Positions 1-11,470 of a DNA stretch of 64,000 nucleotides are shown here, in pieces; position 1 is the first letter of the stretch; every line of letters begins with the position of its first letter. Both the position numbers and the translations under genes were made by a program. The stretch lies in NCBI RefSeq assembly GCF_964213995.1, contig NW_027590077.1, positions 930,001 through 994,000 of the forward strand, in the 5' to 3' direction. The stretch is from Mustelus asterias. Lineage: Eukaryota. Below the pieces are notes generated by a model. It saw only the letters and a list, made by a program, of their open reading frames with translations. It was not told the DNA's origin and did not search any database.

Positions 1-8
1 CATTGTAC

Positions 9-173
9 CTGTGCAATAAACAGTGTCACAATTGGGCGTGGGAGTCAGCTCATAAACGAAGTAACTGGAACAATTTTTGATCTTTATCTCCTGGTTCCAT
101 TGGCAGCGATTAGTATACGAGTTAAAACAGACTGTTCTCCTCACTTCGCCCTGGCCCACCGTTGGGTGAACAC
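9..173 (-). CDS. GP2/uromodulin-like D10C-domain gene, copy 1, D10C exon c (gene continues beyond left edge)
   Basis: Manual minus-strand translation (G)VHPTVGQGEVRRTVCFNSYTNRCQWNQEIKIKNCSSYFVYELTPTPNCDTVYCT matches the C-terminal half of the UMOD/GP2 D8C/D10C domain. Bounded by ttcag acceptor and gtacaa donor, phase 1-1. Confidence 0.9.
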
Positions 174-263
174 CTGAAATCAGATTCATGAAAAATGAAG
201 TCTTAAACTGTTGTATTTCAGGATAAGGGGTGTCACAATATCAATCTCAAGTTTCAACATTAC

Positions 264-340
264 CATCCAACCAGCCTGGGTAGTTTGCCGTGCAGTGATG
301 ATCTGGGACGACCGTCTCTGGAATTCTCGATCCCCCAGAA
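264..340 (-). CDS. D10C gene copy 1, D10C exon b
   Basis: 77 nt encoding (S)SGGSRIPETVVPDHHCTANYPGWLD(G); canonical AG/GT; phases join flanking exons in frame. Confidence 0.9.
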
Positions 341-484
341 CTGAAACAAGAATCATTAAATTATCGTCTGAATCCCTGGAATTTTACCAACTGATCGACA
401 TTCTGATAATTGCAGACGCTGGCACACTTCTGATTTTCTCGAATTATTAAGTATTATTCCTTATTGTGTTTTCACTCATATTAC

Positions 485-623
485 CTGTTAAATCTGTACC
501 ACCTCTTTTCGAGATGGTCGTCACATTTCCATTGGCCAGCGCATGTTGTCCAGTAACAATCAATGCTTCTCCAGGGCTGTTCCAGGACGGTGTGATTTGC
601 ACAAGGGTCAGTGAAGGCTGAGC
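485..623 (-). CDS. D10C gene copy 1, D10C exon a
   Basis: SAFTDPCANHTVLEQPWRSIDCYWTTCAGQWKCDDHLEKRWYRFN(S) carries the DPC..H..L...WRS...CD..L..WYRF signature; ctcag acceptor, AG|gtaata donor. Confidence 0.9.
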
Positions 624-714
624 CTGAGACGGAGGTGACAGAGAGAATTAGTGCATGACCAGTTCATACCACACAGCGCCCAGAGAAATCCATGCAAATT
701 AAGTTTTAGTTTTT

Positions 715-995
715 TGTAAGTTTATTTATTAGCATCCCAACTGGATTTAAATTAACACTGCAATGGAGTTACTGTGAAAATCCCCTATTTGCCATACTCC
801 GGACCCTATTCGGGCATACTGAGGGAGAATTCATCATGGTCAATGCACCTAACCAGCATGTCTTTTGGACTGTGGGAGGGAACCAGAGCACCTGGAGGAC
901 CCCACGCAGACACGGAGAGTCTCCTCACAATGACCCAAGCTGGGATTTGAACGGGGATCTCTGGAGCTGCGAGGCAGCAGTGCTAACTGCTGTGC
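715..995 (-). mobile_element. tRNA-derived V-SINE (HE1-like shark SINE)
   Basis: Reverse complement of head 'ttagcactgctgcctc' and core 'tgtctgcgtgggt..ccggtttcctcccacagtccaaa'; many similar copies in window. Confidence 0.75.
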
Positions 996-3900
996 AACTT
1001 TCAAAATGTGTGACGATACTGAGCCTTCAACAAATATATTTTAACCGTGTTCCTTTGCAGGATGTTGTCGGCACCGTGTTGTCTGTAATGCGTGTCCCTC
1101 ATTGCTGCTGAGGTAGCATGATTTATATCATGCTGATTTAAATCTGGATTAAGTCATGTTCTGCGATTTACTGGAACTTCGGGGATTGCTGAGTGAAGCT
1201 TGATTTGCAGCTGATTGGTAGTTTATGTAATGTGGTTAGGGGCAACTATTGTTCAGAGAAAAAAACAGTTTTAGTTTCATTTCTCAGTTGCTGCTGGAAG
1301 CGAGTGGAAGAAGGCAATGCCTCGTTCTGTTCGTCTCTGTCTATCTCTCTCAAAAGGTTTGCTGATAGTTCTAGAACTGGGAAGCCTCAGCGATTTCGAC
1401 CAACATTCAACGAACCAATTCACAACACATGTCAAAAGCTGAAAATCCAGCATCACGTGGGCCTACTTGTTTCTGTCCCAGTTCCAAAGATGGGTGTGTG
1501 TAAAGGATGGTGATTAATTTGGAACAACTGTTCCAGCTGTTCTCATTGTTACGCATATACTGTGTTATTTTAAAATGTTGTAATTGGTAAAAGTCATGCT
1601 AATTTGTTTTTGTCGTATTTTAACTGTGTTATTAAATAAAATTTGTTGATATAAAGCATCTCATGGGTCATTTGAATCCTACCTGGACTGAAACACATTA
1701 TGCTCACCTATGCCAAAATCAAATGTAAAACTTAGGGTTTCGGCTAACTGCGTGTAGTTTCTGGCCTGCGTCTTAACATTTCAGTAGCTGTACTTATTCT
1801 GAATGAGTTCCCCTCTTTCTCTTCGCTACTCTTCCCCACATCGTCCACCCACAAATTCCTCCCGCATCCTCATCATCAATCTTTTGCCAGCAGCAATCTT
1901 TTTCAGACCTTGCGCCCTGCTGAGCAAAGCAGAAATAGCATCATATAACTTTAAAGCAGGAAGAGGTTCAGGAGTAGGCCATATGTTTAGACTCATGTTC
2001 GGAAAAGAGGAAGATGCTTGTGGTTGTTGAAGTTTAAGCAATTGGCTTGACCAAGTAACAGCGAGGGAACTGCGATATTATTCGAATTCAGGACCGTCTG
2101 TGTCTTGAGCAACTTCTGATAGATTTTCTGGTCTTATGTCTCTTCTGCCCTTGTCCTTACAGGATGAATAAGTCGCGGGTCTTGAAGACATTATCGAAGG
2201 ATATTTGGCCAGTGGCTGTAGAGAGTGCACTCTACTGCATCAGTGCATCCTTGGTACAAGGAGTGCACTGTGGTACCAATCAAATGCATTCTGCTTTGAC
2301 TGGTAACATAATTTGTCCCTGCTATGTAGCTCAGATCAGCCGGCTTATAAAGTACCCTCAGCAGTGCTTTATCAACTTTCCTTTCTCCATTTCAACTTCT
2401 TGACCTGATGATTAGTTTTTCAGTGTGTCACATTGTAACAATGTTTGCGGTTTGGTGTTCAAACAGAACGAAAAAACTATGTTTCCACACGTAGATTTAA
2501 AATAACATGCAGCCGGTTTAATGAAGAGTTTTCTCTGTGCTGCAGAATGCAAAACTAAAGGGAATGCAGCCGATTCAGCACGCACGCGAATGACATAATG
2601 GCCCAATCATGTGATCAGATCTTAAAGAAGCCTGAATTGTGGCCAGATTGTTGAGAGTTTTCGGAGCGTCATTAATGAGAGAAGTGGAGAGGATTTCATC
2701 ACTGTCCTAATTGCGCTTGATAGATGCTGGCCAGGTCAATGGGGCAGGACATACCCAGGAATGGTACTGGTGGTTCCTGCGACATTGTTTGTGTGTCATG
2801 ATGCTGATAGTGTGATTATGTCAGGCCGTTGCCTGTCAGGTCTGTGGGACAAATCTTACGCTTTGGGCACCATTCCCCAGGCCTTAAATTAAAGTTTGGT
2901 TTCAGATAAAGCTCGGCACAACATCGTGGGCCGAAGGGCCTGTTCTGTGCTGTACTGTTCTATGTTCTAAAGTACCTTGTGTCGATCTGGACTCACATGT
3001 AGGCAAGAGCAGGCAAGCATGGCGAATTCCAATCCTAAACGTCATGGGTGAGTCAGATCATTTCTTATTTCTATTTCTGTGTCTGAATTTTAATTCCAGA
3101 TTAATGAATGGAATCTAAATTCCACCAGCAGGTTACAGCATTTTTAGAAGATGGGTCAACTGATAGCGCCGAGAGATGTAAAGGATCATGGTGTAATCAT
3201 CATAGCAGAAAGATGTTTTCAAACTGTCAGTGACTGTGAAGGCCTCAACCGAAATCTTCTGACCAAATCCGATTAGCATCGTTTAATAAAGGCTTCCATA
3301 TATTGATTCAGAATGACTCAGTGGTCCAAGGATTTTTTTTTTTAGCTAGCTGGAGAGTTTCAGAGGCTGGTTTAGAACATGGAAGTTGGAATTGCTTGTT
3401 AAATATGGTAATTTTGCCGAATTCATGAGAGGTTAAGACAGAGCCTTTGAAGGATAAATCGTTTCCACAGCAGAATTAAAGAATCACAAATATTGACAGT
3501 GCAGAATGTAGCTTTTTGGCCTATCGAGTCCTCGCTGTCTCTCTGTAAGGGCACTCTACGTGGTTCTGCAGAAATTAAGTTGTAATTCCAGCTAGGGTCA
3601 AATATTTACTTCACTTTGATGTACAAGAACAAGGATGCTCATTTCAAATAATGCAATATATATATAGTGAAAAGGTTATCAAAAGCAGTTAAAAAGCAGA
3701 TGCTGGCATGGAAAATTTAAGTTACAAAAATTGTGGAAATTAAATCAATGCAAATAACTCTGTTAAGTAATGGAAAATGATTGTTAGCCAAAGAAGTCCT
3801 TCAGTAAGGCCTTCAGTAAGGCCAGGGCTGACGTCCTCAGGATAAGCGAATACATCTAAACCTTGTGTTGGTTCCATAAACACTGCATCTAGCCTTGCCC

Positions 3901-4025
3901 TCAGGATGGAAATAAGACCGTTTTCAATAACAAAATTCCAATATGGTGAACTATAACTGTTACATTTTCTGTATGAATCAACAGAACACCCTGCACTACT
4001 TTGCGCTGTATTGTGTTCTCATTTC

Positions 4026-4996
4026 GTCATAGAGTCATAGAGGTTTACAGCATGGAAACAGGCCTTTCGGCCCAACTTGTCCATGCCCCCTTTTTTAACC
4101 CCTCTAAGCTAATCCCAATTGCCTGCATTTTGCCCATATCCCTCGATACCCATCTTACCCATGTAACTATCTAAATGCTTTTTTAAAAGACAACACTGTA
4201 CCCGCCTGTACCAGGCACTCACCACACTCTGTGCAAAAGAATTGTCCCTCTGGACACTTTTGTAACTCTCCCCTCTCACCTTAAATCTAAGCCCTCGAGA
4301 TTTAGACACCCCTACCTTTGGGAAAAGATATTGACTATCTAGCTGAATGTGCCCCACATTATTTTATAAATCTCTATAAGATCAACCCTCGGCCTTCTAC
4401 CCTCCAGAGAAAAAAAGTCCCAGAATATGCAGCCTCTCCTTATAACCAAAAGCATCAAGTCCCGGTAGCATCCTAGTAAATCTTTTCTGCACTCTTTCTA
4501 GTTTAATAATATCCTTTCTATAATAGGGTGACCAGAACTGCGCACAGAATTCCAAGTGTGGCCTTACCAATGTCTTGTACAACTTCAACAAGACGTCCCA
4601 ATTCCTGTATTCAATGTTCTGACCGATAAAACGAAGCAAGACGAATGCATTCTTCACCATTCTGTCCACCTGTGACTCCACTTTCAAGGAGCAATGAACA
4701 TGTACCCCTCTATCTCTTTGTTCTGTAACTCGACCCAACGCCCGACCATTAACTGTGTAAGTCCTACCCTGGTTGAATCTACCTAAATGCATCACCTCGC
4801 ATTTGTCTAAATTAAACTCCATCTGCCATTCGTCAGCCCACTGGCCCAATTGATCAAGATCCCGTTGCAATCGAAAATAACGTTTTTCACTGTCCACTGT
4901 GCCACCAATCTTGGTGTCATCTGCAAACTTATTTACCGTGCCTCCTATATTTTCATCCAAATCATTAATATAAATGACAAATAACAATGGACCCAA
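4026..4996 (-). mobile_element. CR1 LINE, 5'-truncated (RT C-terminus + 3' UTR)
   Basis: ORF 4397-4996 has GPLLFVIYINDLD..KFADDTK..LVRPHLEFC; (ctctatga)-type tail at left end. Confidence 0.92.
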
Positions 4997-5734
4997 TTTG
5001 TCCCCAAATAATTAAAGCTTGGAAGTCAGAGTACTCTTAGTGCCTAGTCTTGTGTACCCAAGTCGACTATAGTGCCTCGTGTTGTTTGAACACAGGTATT
5101 TGACAGTTCCAGTCCACTTACTTCTCACGGTAATCTTGCACACTCTTTCTTTTCAGATTGTAACCCCTTCTGAGTACCCCGTTATAACCTATTTTCACCA
5201 TTCATTCAGGAAGATTGTAATAGACACTCAGTTACCATATGGGTGAAAGTAAACCCTTCAATTTCCTTCCATGCAGCCAATACTTTGAATCTGCAGTTTC
5301 CAGATCCGGATGTACTGTTTAGCAGAAACGGTTTCTCACTATTCACTCCGTCTATACCATTCAGAGTCCTGAATGTTGCTCTTCAGTCTCATCTCAGTGT
5401 ACCCTTCTCCAAGGACAACAGACTCAACCTCTCAAATCTATCCTTGGAAATACGGCTGTTTATCCTGGGACTTGTCAAGCAGAGCAAACAGTGTTAAGAT
5501 TAGGGGAAAACGGAACAGTATGTCCTGCATCATAAAGCGAATATCCAACGCAAAATTTGATAAATGCATGAAAATAAAAAGAGCATGATGTATTGGGAAT
5601 AGTTATGTTGTCCGTAGACTTTTAATGATGGGCCGAATGGACTCCTGACTTATTGCAGGATTCCATGTTTCTGTGGCCTCAGTCCCAAATGAAAGCAGAA
5701 GAAGTCAGGGGAATGGGAAAACGAGCTAAAGTCC

Positions 5735-7951
5735 AGAAGCCAGTGTTGAGTGTAGGGAGGTACTAAGGAGTGTATCAAGGTCGCAGGAGTGTACTGGCAG
5801 ACAGGAAGGTGGGTTGAAGTGTGTCTACTTCAATGCAAGAAACATATGGAATAAGGTAGGTGAAATTGGAGCGTGGATTGGTATTTGGGACTACGATGTT
5901 TTTGCCATGTCGGCGACATGGTTAGAACAGGGACAGAAATGGTTCCTGGAAGTTCCGGGGTATAGATGTTTCAGTAAGAGTAGGGAAGGTGGTAAAAGAG
6001 GTGGAGGAGTCGCTTTGTTAATCAGGGATAGTTTAACGGCTGCAGAAAGGCAGTTCGAGGGGCATCTGCCTACTGAGGTAATATGGGCTGAAGCTAGAAA
6101 TAGGAAAGGAGCGGTCACGTTGTTAGTTTTCTATAGGCCCCCAAATAGTAATAGAGATGTGGAGGAAGAATCTGCAAAGTAGATTATGGATAGGTGTGGA
6201 GGTCACAGGGTAGTTGTCATGGGTGACTTTAACTTTCCAAATATAGATTGGAATCTTTATAGGTCGAATAGTTCGGATGGGGTAGTTTTTGTACATTGTG
6301 TGCAGGAGGGTTTCCTGACCCAATATGTGGATAGGCCGACAAGAGGTGGGGCCACATTGGACTTGGTACTGGGTAATGAACCTGGCCAAGTGTTGGATAT
6401 GTTCGTGGGAGAGCACTTTGGAGATACTAACCACAATTCGGTGTCTTTCGTTATTGCAATGGAGAGGGCAGGGGCCATACGGCAGGGAAAGGCTCATAAT
6501 TGGGGGAGGGGTAATTATGATGCGATAAGGCAAGAATTAGGGAGCATAAGATGGGAACAGAAACTGTTAGGGAAATGCGCAAATGAAAAGTGGAGCTTGT
6601 TCAAGGAAAAAATTCTGCATGTCCATGGTAGATATGTCCCTGTCACGCAGGGAGGAAATGGCCGAGTGAGGGAACCATGGTTCACAAAAGAGATTGAATG
6701 TCTTGTCAAGAGGAAAAAGGAAGCGTATGTAAGGATGAGAAAACACTGTTCAGTTGGGTCGCTTGAGGGTCACAAGGTAGCAAGGAATGAGCTAAAGAAA
6801 AGGGCTCCGGAGAGCTAGGAGGGGACATGAGAAGTCCTTGACGGGTCGGATCAAGGAAAACCCCAAGGCTTTTTACTCTTATGTGAGAATTAAAGGAATG
6901 ACCAGGGTGAGGTTAGGGCCTCTCAAGGATAGCAGTGGGAACTTGTGCATGGAGTCAGAAGAGACAGGAGAGGCGATGAATTAATACATTTCTTCAGTGC
7001 TCACCAAGGAGAGCGGCCATGTTTTTGAGGATGAGAGTATGATACAGACTGAAAGGCTGGAGGAGGTAGATGTTCTGAGGGAAGATGTATTAGCAATTTT
7101 GAAAAGCCTGAGGGTCAATATGTCCCCTGGGCCAGATGGGATATATCCTAGGATTCTTTGGGACGTAACGGATGAGACTGCGGAGCCAATGGCTTTGATC
7201 TTTGGGTCCTCACTGTCCACAGGGATAGTGCCAGAGGACTGGAGAGTGGCGAATGTTGTTTCTCTGTTCAAGAAAGGAAATAGGACTGACCCTGGTAATT
7301 ATAGGCCAGTTAGTTTTACTTCAGTGGTCGGTAAGTTAATGCAAAAGGTCCTGCGGAATAGGATTAATGACCATTTGGAAAGATGCAGCTTAATTAAATT
7401 GAATTTTTTGAGGAGGTAACTAAGTGTGTTGATGAAGGTAGGGCAGTTGATGTCATATACATGGATTTTAGTAAGGCGTTTGATAAGGTCCCCCAGGGTC
7501 CGCTTATGATGAAAGTGAGGAGGTGTGGGATAGCGCGATATTTGGCCGATTGAATAGGTAACTGGCTATCTGATCGAAGACAGATGGTGGTGGTGGATGG
7601 AAAATTTTCGGACTGGAGGCAGGTTGCTAGCAGAGTGCCACAGGGATCAGTGCTTCGTCCTCTGCTCTTTGTGATTTTTATTAATGACTTAGAGGAGGGG
7701 GCTGAAGGGTGGATCAGTAAATTTGCTGATGACACCAAGATTAGTGGAGTAGTGGATGAGGTGGAGGGCTGTTGTAGCCTGCAAAGAGACATAGATAGGA
7801 TGCAAAACTGGGCTGAAAAATGGCAAATGGAGTTTAACACTGATAAATGTGAGGTGAATCATTTTGGTAGGACTAATTTAAATGTGGATTACAGGGTCAA
7901 AGGTAGGGTTCTGAAGACTGTGGAGGAACAGAGAGATCTTGGGGTCCATAT
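5735..7951 (+). mobile_element. CR1 LINE ORF2 (APE endonuclease + RT), left half; interrupted by ERV
   Basis: NARN, YRPP, MGDFN, LDLVL (APE) then PGNYRPVS, QGSVL, KFADDTK (RT); stops and frameshifts; resumes exactly at 15620. Confidence 0.93.
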
Positions 7952-8435
7952 TGTGAAAAACAGATAAGAATGTTGCTTCTGCAGGAGAATCACAAGACGA
8001 CTGATAAGGTATGGACAGGGTTAAACTTGCTGAACCGAGTGCTACAGCTTGTCACTGCTGCAGCTTGTCACGTACACTGTGGGCGTTCACGCAGAAAGTG
8101 GCGCGAAAATGGGAGATAAGGATGGGAAGGAACAGCAAAATAAGGGACAAAGTAAATATGAACGGGGACTGCAAGGCTGAGTAGCAAGGGCAATAAACAA
8201 AGGCAGAGTAAACCTCGGGCTTATGATCGGTGATATCCGATAACAAAAACACCAATTGTGGGGATGGGGAGGGATTGAGAGACACAAAGAAATTGTATAA
8301 AATATATGAGATATACTCCAGGGTGTGCGTATTTGCTGGTCACCCGCTCTTGCAAGAACGTTCAAATAAAAGTGTTTGCTACTTCAGAATTTGACTTGGA
8401 GTAAATTATTTGCAAAGTGATCTTCGTTTCTCACA
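7952..8435 (+). repeat. ERV 5' LTR
   Basis: TGTGAAAAAC...TTTCTCACA; TATAAAA ~8296, AATAAA 8365-8370; about 20 substitutions versus 3' LTR by eye. Confidence 0.96.
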
Positions 8436-8437
8436 AT

Positions 8438-8455
8438 TGGGGGCTCGTCCGGGAT
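8438..8455 (+). promoter_or_regulatory. Primer-binding site for tRNA-Pro
   Basis: TGGGGGCTCGTCCGGGAT 2 nt after the 5' LTR; the canonical tRNA-Pro PBS as used by MLV. Confidence 0.93.
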
Positions 8456-9184
8456 CGAGTCATCTCCGGCGGAGTGGTCACCGTCGACGACCGGGAAGAC
8501 GCGTCCCGTTCCTTTAGAACGGTCTCGTGTTTCTCGTCGATGAACACCCCTCCTGGCTGACTGACAGAGATCTTAGGGAAGTCATTCTGAACGAGCAAGT
8601 GAAGGACAGTAGGCACAGCTGCAGTCAGGTAACTCCGTGCACGGACCAAGGTAAGAAAATTAACTTTTAAGTAGTGCCTTGGTGACTGGGGTGGTTTACT
8701 TGTTGTAGGGATTGTGTAAACAAGACTAACCTAGTAGCCGCAATAGTGGGGCGCGGGGGGGGGGGGGGGGGGGGGGGCGGGGGCGGCTAAGAGTGAGTCC
8801 CCCGGGAACAAGGAGAAGATGACTCGGGCCCCGGGAAACATCCCTCCAGAAAGTCCTCTGGGACGGATGTTCAGTGATTGGGAAAACAATGCAACTACTA
8901 AAAACAAAGATATTGTTGCTTTACGTGGACAAAGGAAACTATCCGTGCTCCGTCCGTTTTCTGGCCAAAATACGGATCGGACGAGGGTTGGGTTTGTCAG
9001 GTTTTAAATATTTATGTCAACCAAAAACAACCATATAACCAAGAAGAATCTGAGTACGCCTCCTGTTGGAGACCCGATGGATACAGATTATAATGTGGAG
9101 ATGCCGGCGTTGGACTGGGGTAAACACAGTAAGAAGTTTAACAACACCAGGTTAAAGTCCAACAGGTTTATTTGGTAGCAAAAG

Positions 9185-9229
9185 CCACACAAGCTTTCGA
9201 GGCTCTGAGCCCCTTCTTCAGGTGAGTGG
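9185..9229 (-). ncRNA. Minimal type I hammerhead ribozyme motif (PLE-associated)
   Basis: Reverse complement of cac-CTGAAGA-aGGGGCTcagAGCCTC-GAAA-GC-TT-gtg: core boxes, helix II and helix I pairing. Confidence 0.7.
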
Positions 9230-9815
9230 GAATTCTGTTCACAAACAGAACTTATAAGACACAGACTCAATTTACATGAATAATGGTTGGAATGCGAATA
9301 CTTACAACTAATCCAGTCTTTAAGAAACAAAACAATGGGAGTGGAGAGAGCATCAAGACAGGCTAAAAAGATGTGTATTGTCTCCAGACAAGACAGCCAG
9401 TGAAACTCTGCAGGTCCACGCAACTGTGGGAGTTACAAATAGTGTGACATAAATTCTGATTCTAGGATCGCATGATAAAGACTCAGGAGGAAAAAAGCAG
9501 AAATATTTATTGGGTTTATGTCACACTCTTTCACATAAATATTTCTGCTTTTTTCCTCCTGAGTCTTTATCATGCGATCCTAGAATCAGAATTTATGTCA
9601 CACTATTTGTAACTCCCACAGTTGCGTGGACCTGCAGAGTTTCACTGGCTGTCTTGTCTGGAGACAATACACATCTTTTTAGCCTGTCTTGATGCTCTCT
9701 CCACTCCCATTGTTTTGTTTCTTAAAGACTGGATTAGTTGTAAGTATTCGCATTCCAACCATTATTCATGTAAATTGAGTCTGTGTCTTATAAGTTCTGT
9801 TTGTGAACAGAATTC

Positions 9816-9860
9816 CCACTCACCTGAAGAAGGGGCTCAGAGCCTCGAAAGCTTGTGTGG
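9816..9860 (+). ncRNA. Minimal type I hammerhead ribozyme motif (PLE-associated)
   Basis: ccactcac CTGAAGA aggggctcagagcctc GAAA gc tt gtgtgg. Confidence 0.7.
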
Positions 9861-10029
9861 CTTTTGCTACCAAATAAACCTGTTGGACTTTAACCTGGTG
9901 TTGTTAAACTTCTTACTGTGTTTACAGATTATACCCCATGAATACAGTGAGGGAAAAAGAGGGCGAGAAGCAGTCCTCTGCCCCGCCACCCTCTTGGGAT
10001 GTTATAATAACGACGGGAACGATTATATG

Positions 10030-10856
10030 GAAAATTGGGCGGAGAGGTGGCAGATGGAGCTTCATCCGGATAAATGCGAAGTGATGAATTTTGGAAGAAA
10101 TAATGTCGGGAGGAGTTATACAATAAAAGGCAGAGTCATCAGGAGTATAGAAACACAGAGGGACCTAGGTGTGCAAGTCCACAAATCCTTGAAGGTGGCA
10201 ACACAGGTGGAGAAGGTGGTGAAGAAGGCATATGGTATGCTTGCCTTTATAGGACGGGGTATAGAGTATAAAAGCTGGAGTCTGATGATGCAGCTGTATA
10301 GAACGCTGGTTAGGCCACATTTGGAGTACTGCGTCTAGTTCTGGTCGCCGCACTACCAGAAGGACGTGGAGGCGTTAGAGAGAGTGCAGTGAAGGTTTAC
10401 CAGGATGTTGCCTGGTATGGAGGGTCTTAGCTATGAGGAGAGATTGGGTAGACTGGGGTTGTTCTCCTTGGAAAGACGGAGAATGAGGGGAGATCTAATA
10501 GAGGTGTACAAGATAATGAAGGGTATAGATAGGGTGAACAGTGGGAAGCTTTTTCCCAGGTCGGAGGTGACGATCATGAGGGGTCACGGGCTCAAGCTGA
10601 GAGGGGCGAAGTATAACTCAGATATCAGAGGGACGTTTTTTACACAGAGGGTGGTGGGGGCCTGGAATGCGCTGCCAAGTAGGGTGGTGGAGGCAGGCAC
10701 GCTGACATCGTTTAAGACTTACCTGGATAGTCACATGAGCAGCCTGGGAATGGAGGGATACAAACGATTGGTCTAGTTGGACCAAGGAGCGGCACAGGCT
10801 TGGAGGGCCGAAGGGCCTGTTTCCTGTGCTGTACTGTTCTTTGTTCTTTGTTCTTT
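10030..10856 (+). mobile_element. Young 5'-truncated CR1 LINE inserted in ERV gag
   Basis: NWAERWQMEL..LVRPHLEYCV..RVVGAWNALP, ending in a (gttcttt)n tail; gag reading frame resumes after it. Confidence 0.92.
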
Positions 10857-11470
10857 GAAAGACTTAAGGGACCTGATAGTGAAGGGCATTAGGGAGGAGG
10901 TCCCCAAGTCACAGAATCTAGCGAAAGCTTTTGAAGTTCACCAGGAAAAAGACGAGGCTCCCTCAGCCTTTTTACAAAAGTTACGGGACACCATGAGGAA
11001 ACATTCAGGAATGAATCCTGACGACCCGGTAGCGCAGGGACTTCTAAAAGTACACTTTTTCACCAAAGCATGGCCGGATATTCAAAAGAAAATTCAGAGG
11101 ATAGAGGGGTGGAGTGAGAAAGCGCTTGACGAGTTATTAAGAGAGGCACAGAAAGTGTTTGTAAGGAGAGAGGATGAAAAAGAGAAGCAGAAGGCAAAAA
11201 TGATGGTGGCTACTGTAGACTAAATAGTGAAGAAAAGGGTGGAACCGACCACCAAGGGCCAGAACAGAGAGTGGCAGCATGTCAATAATAGGGGAAGAGG
11301 AAGGGGACGACCTCGAAAGGGGTTCTATAGACAGGGACAAGGACAGGAATGGGGACCCCAACAAGCGGGATTCTATCACCGTGGGAGAATGGGACATTTT
11401 AAGTGGGAGTGTCCCGACCTAAGGAGGGTAGAGCAGGCGGTGCCGCTCAGGCGTTTTGAAGAAGACTCGG

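Larger units (their letters stand above)
9093..9922. mobile_element. Penelope-like element, fold-back (inverted pseudo-LTR) insertion 1
   Basis: Left arm is the reverse complement of right arm (~390 bp) around a ~24-nt spacer; near-identical to the 3' end of the GIY-YIG element at 27-29 kb; flanked by TACAGATTATA duplication (9082-9092 / 9923-9933). Confidence 0.93.
8746..11470 (+). pseudogene. gag: ERV gag (matrix start, internal deletion, capsid C-half, degenerate zinc knuckle), split by two insertions
   Basis: IPPESPLGRM (MA-like); IVKGIREEVPKSQNLAKAFEVHQEKDEAPSAFLQKL (p30/MHR); FYHRGRMGHFKWECP (decayed CCHC). Start coordinate approximate. Confidence 0.85.

Noticed and set aside
1010-1778. 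Possible solo LTR ending ...TAACA with AATAAA at ~1635
   Set aside because: No clear 5' end, TSD or second copy in the window.
9093-9922. DNA transposon with long TIRs
   Set aside because: Arms are Penelope pLTR sequence with a one-sided tail; the same sequence adjoins a GIY-YIG ORF at 27-29 kb.
9622-10338. 238-aa ORF as a novel gene
   Set aside because: Chance read-through across PLE pLTR, ERV gag remnant and CR1 RT; the MRGPAEF... peptide recurs only because the pLTR is repeated.
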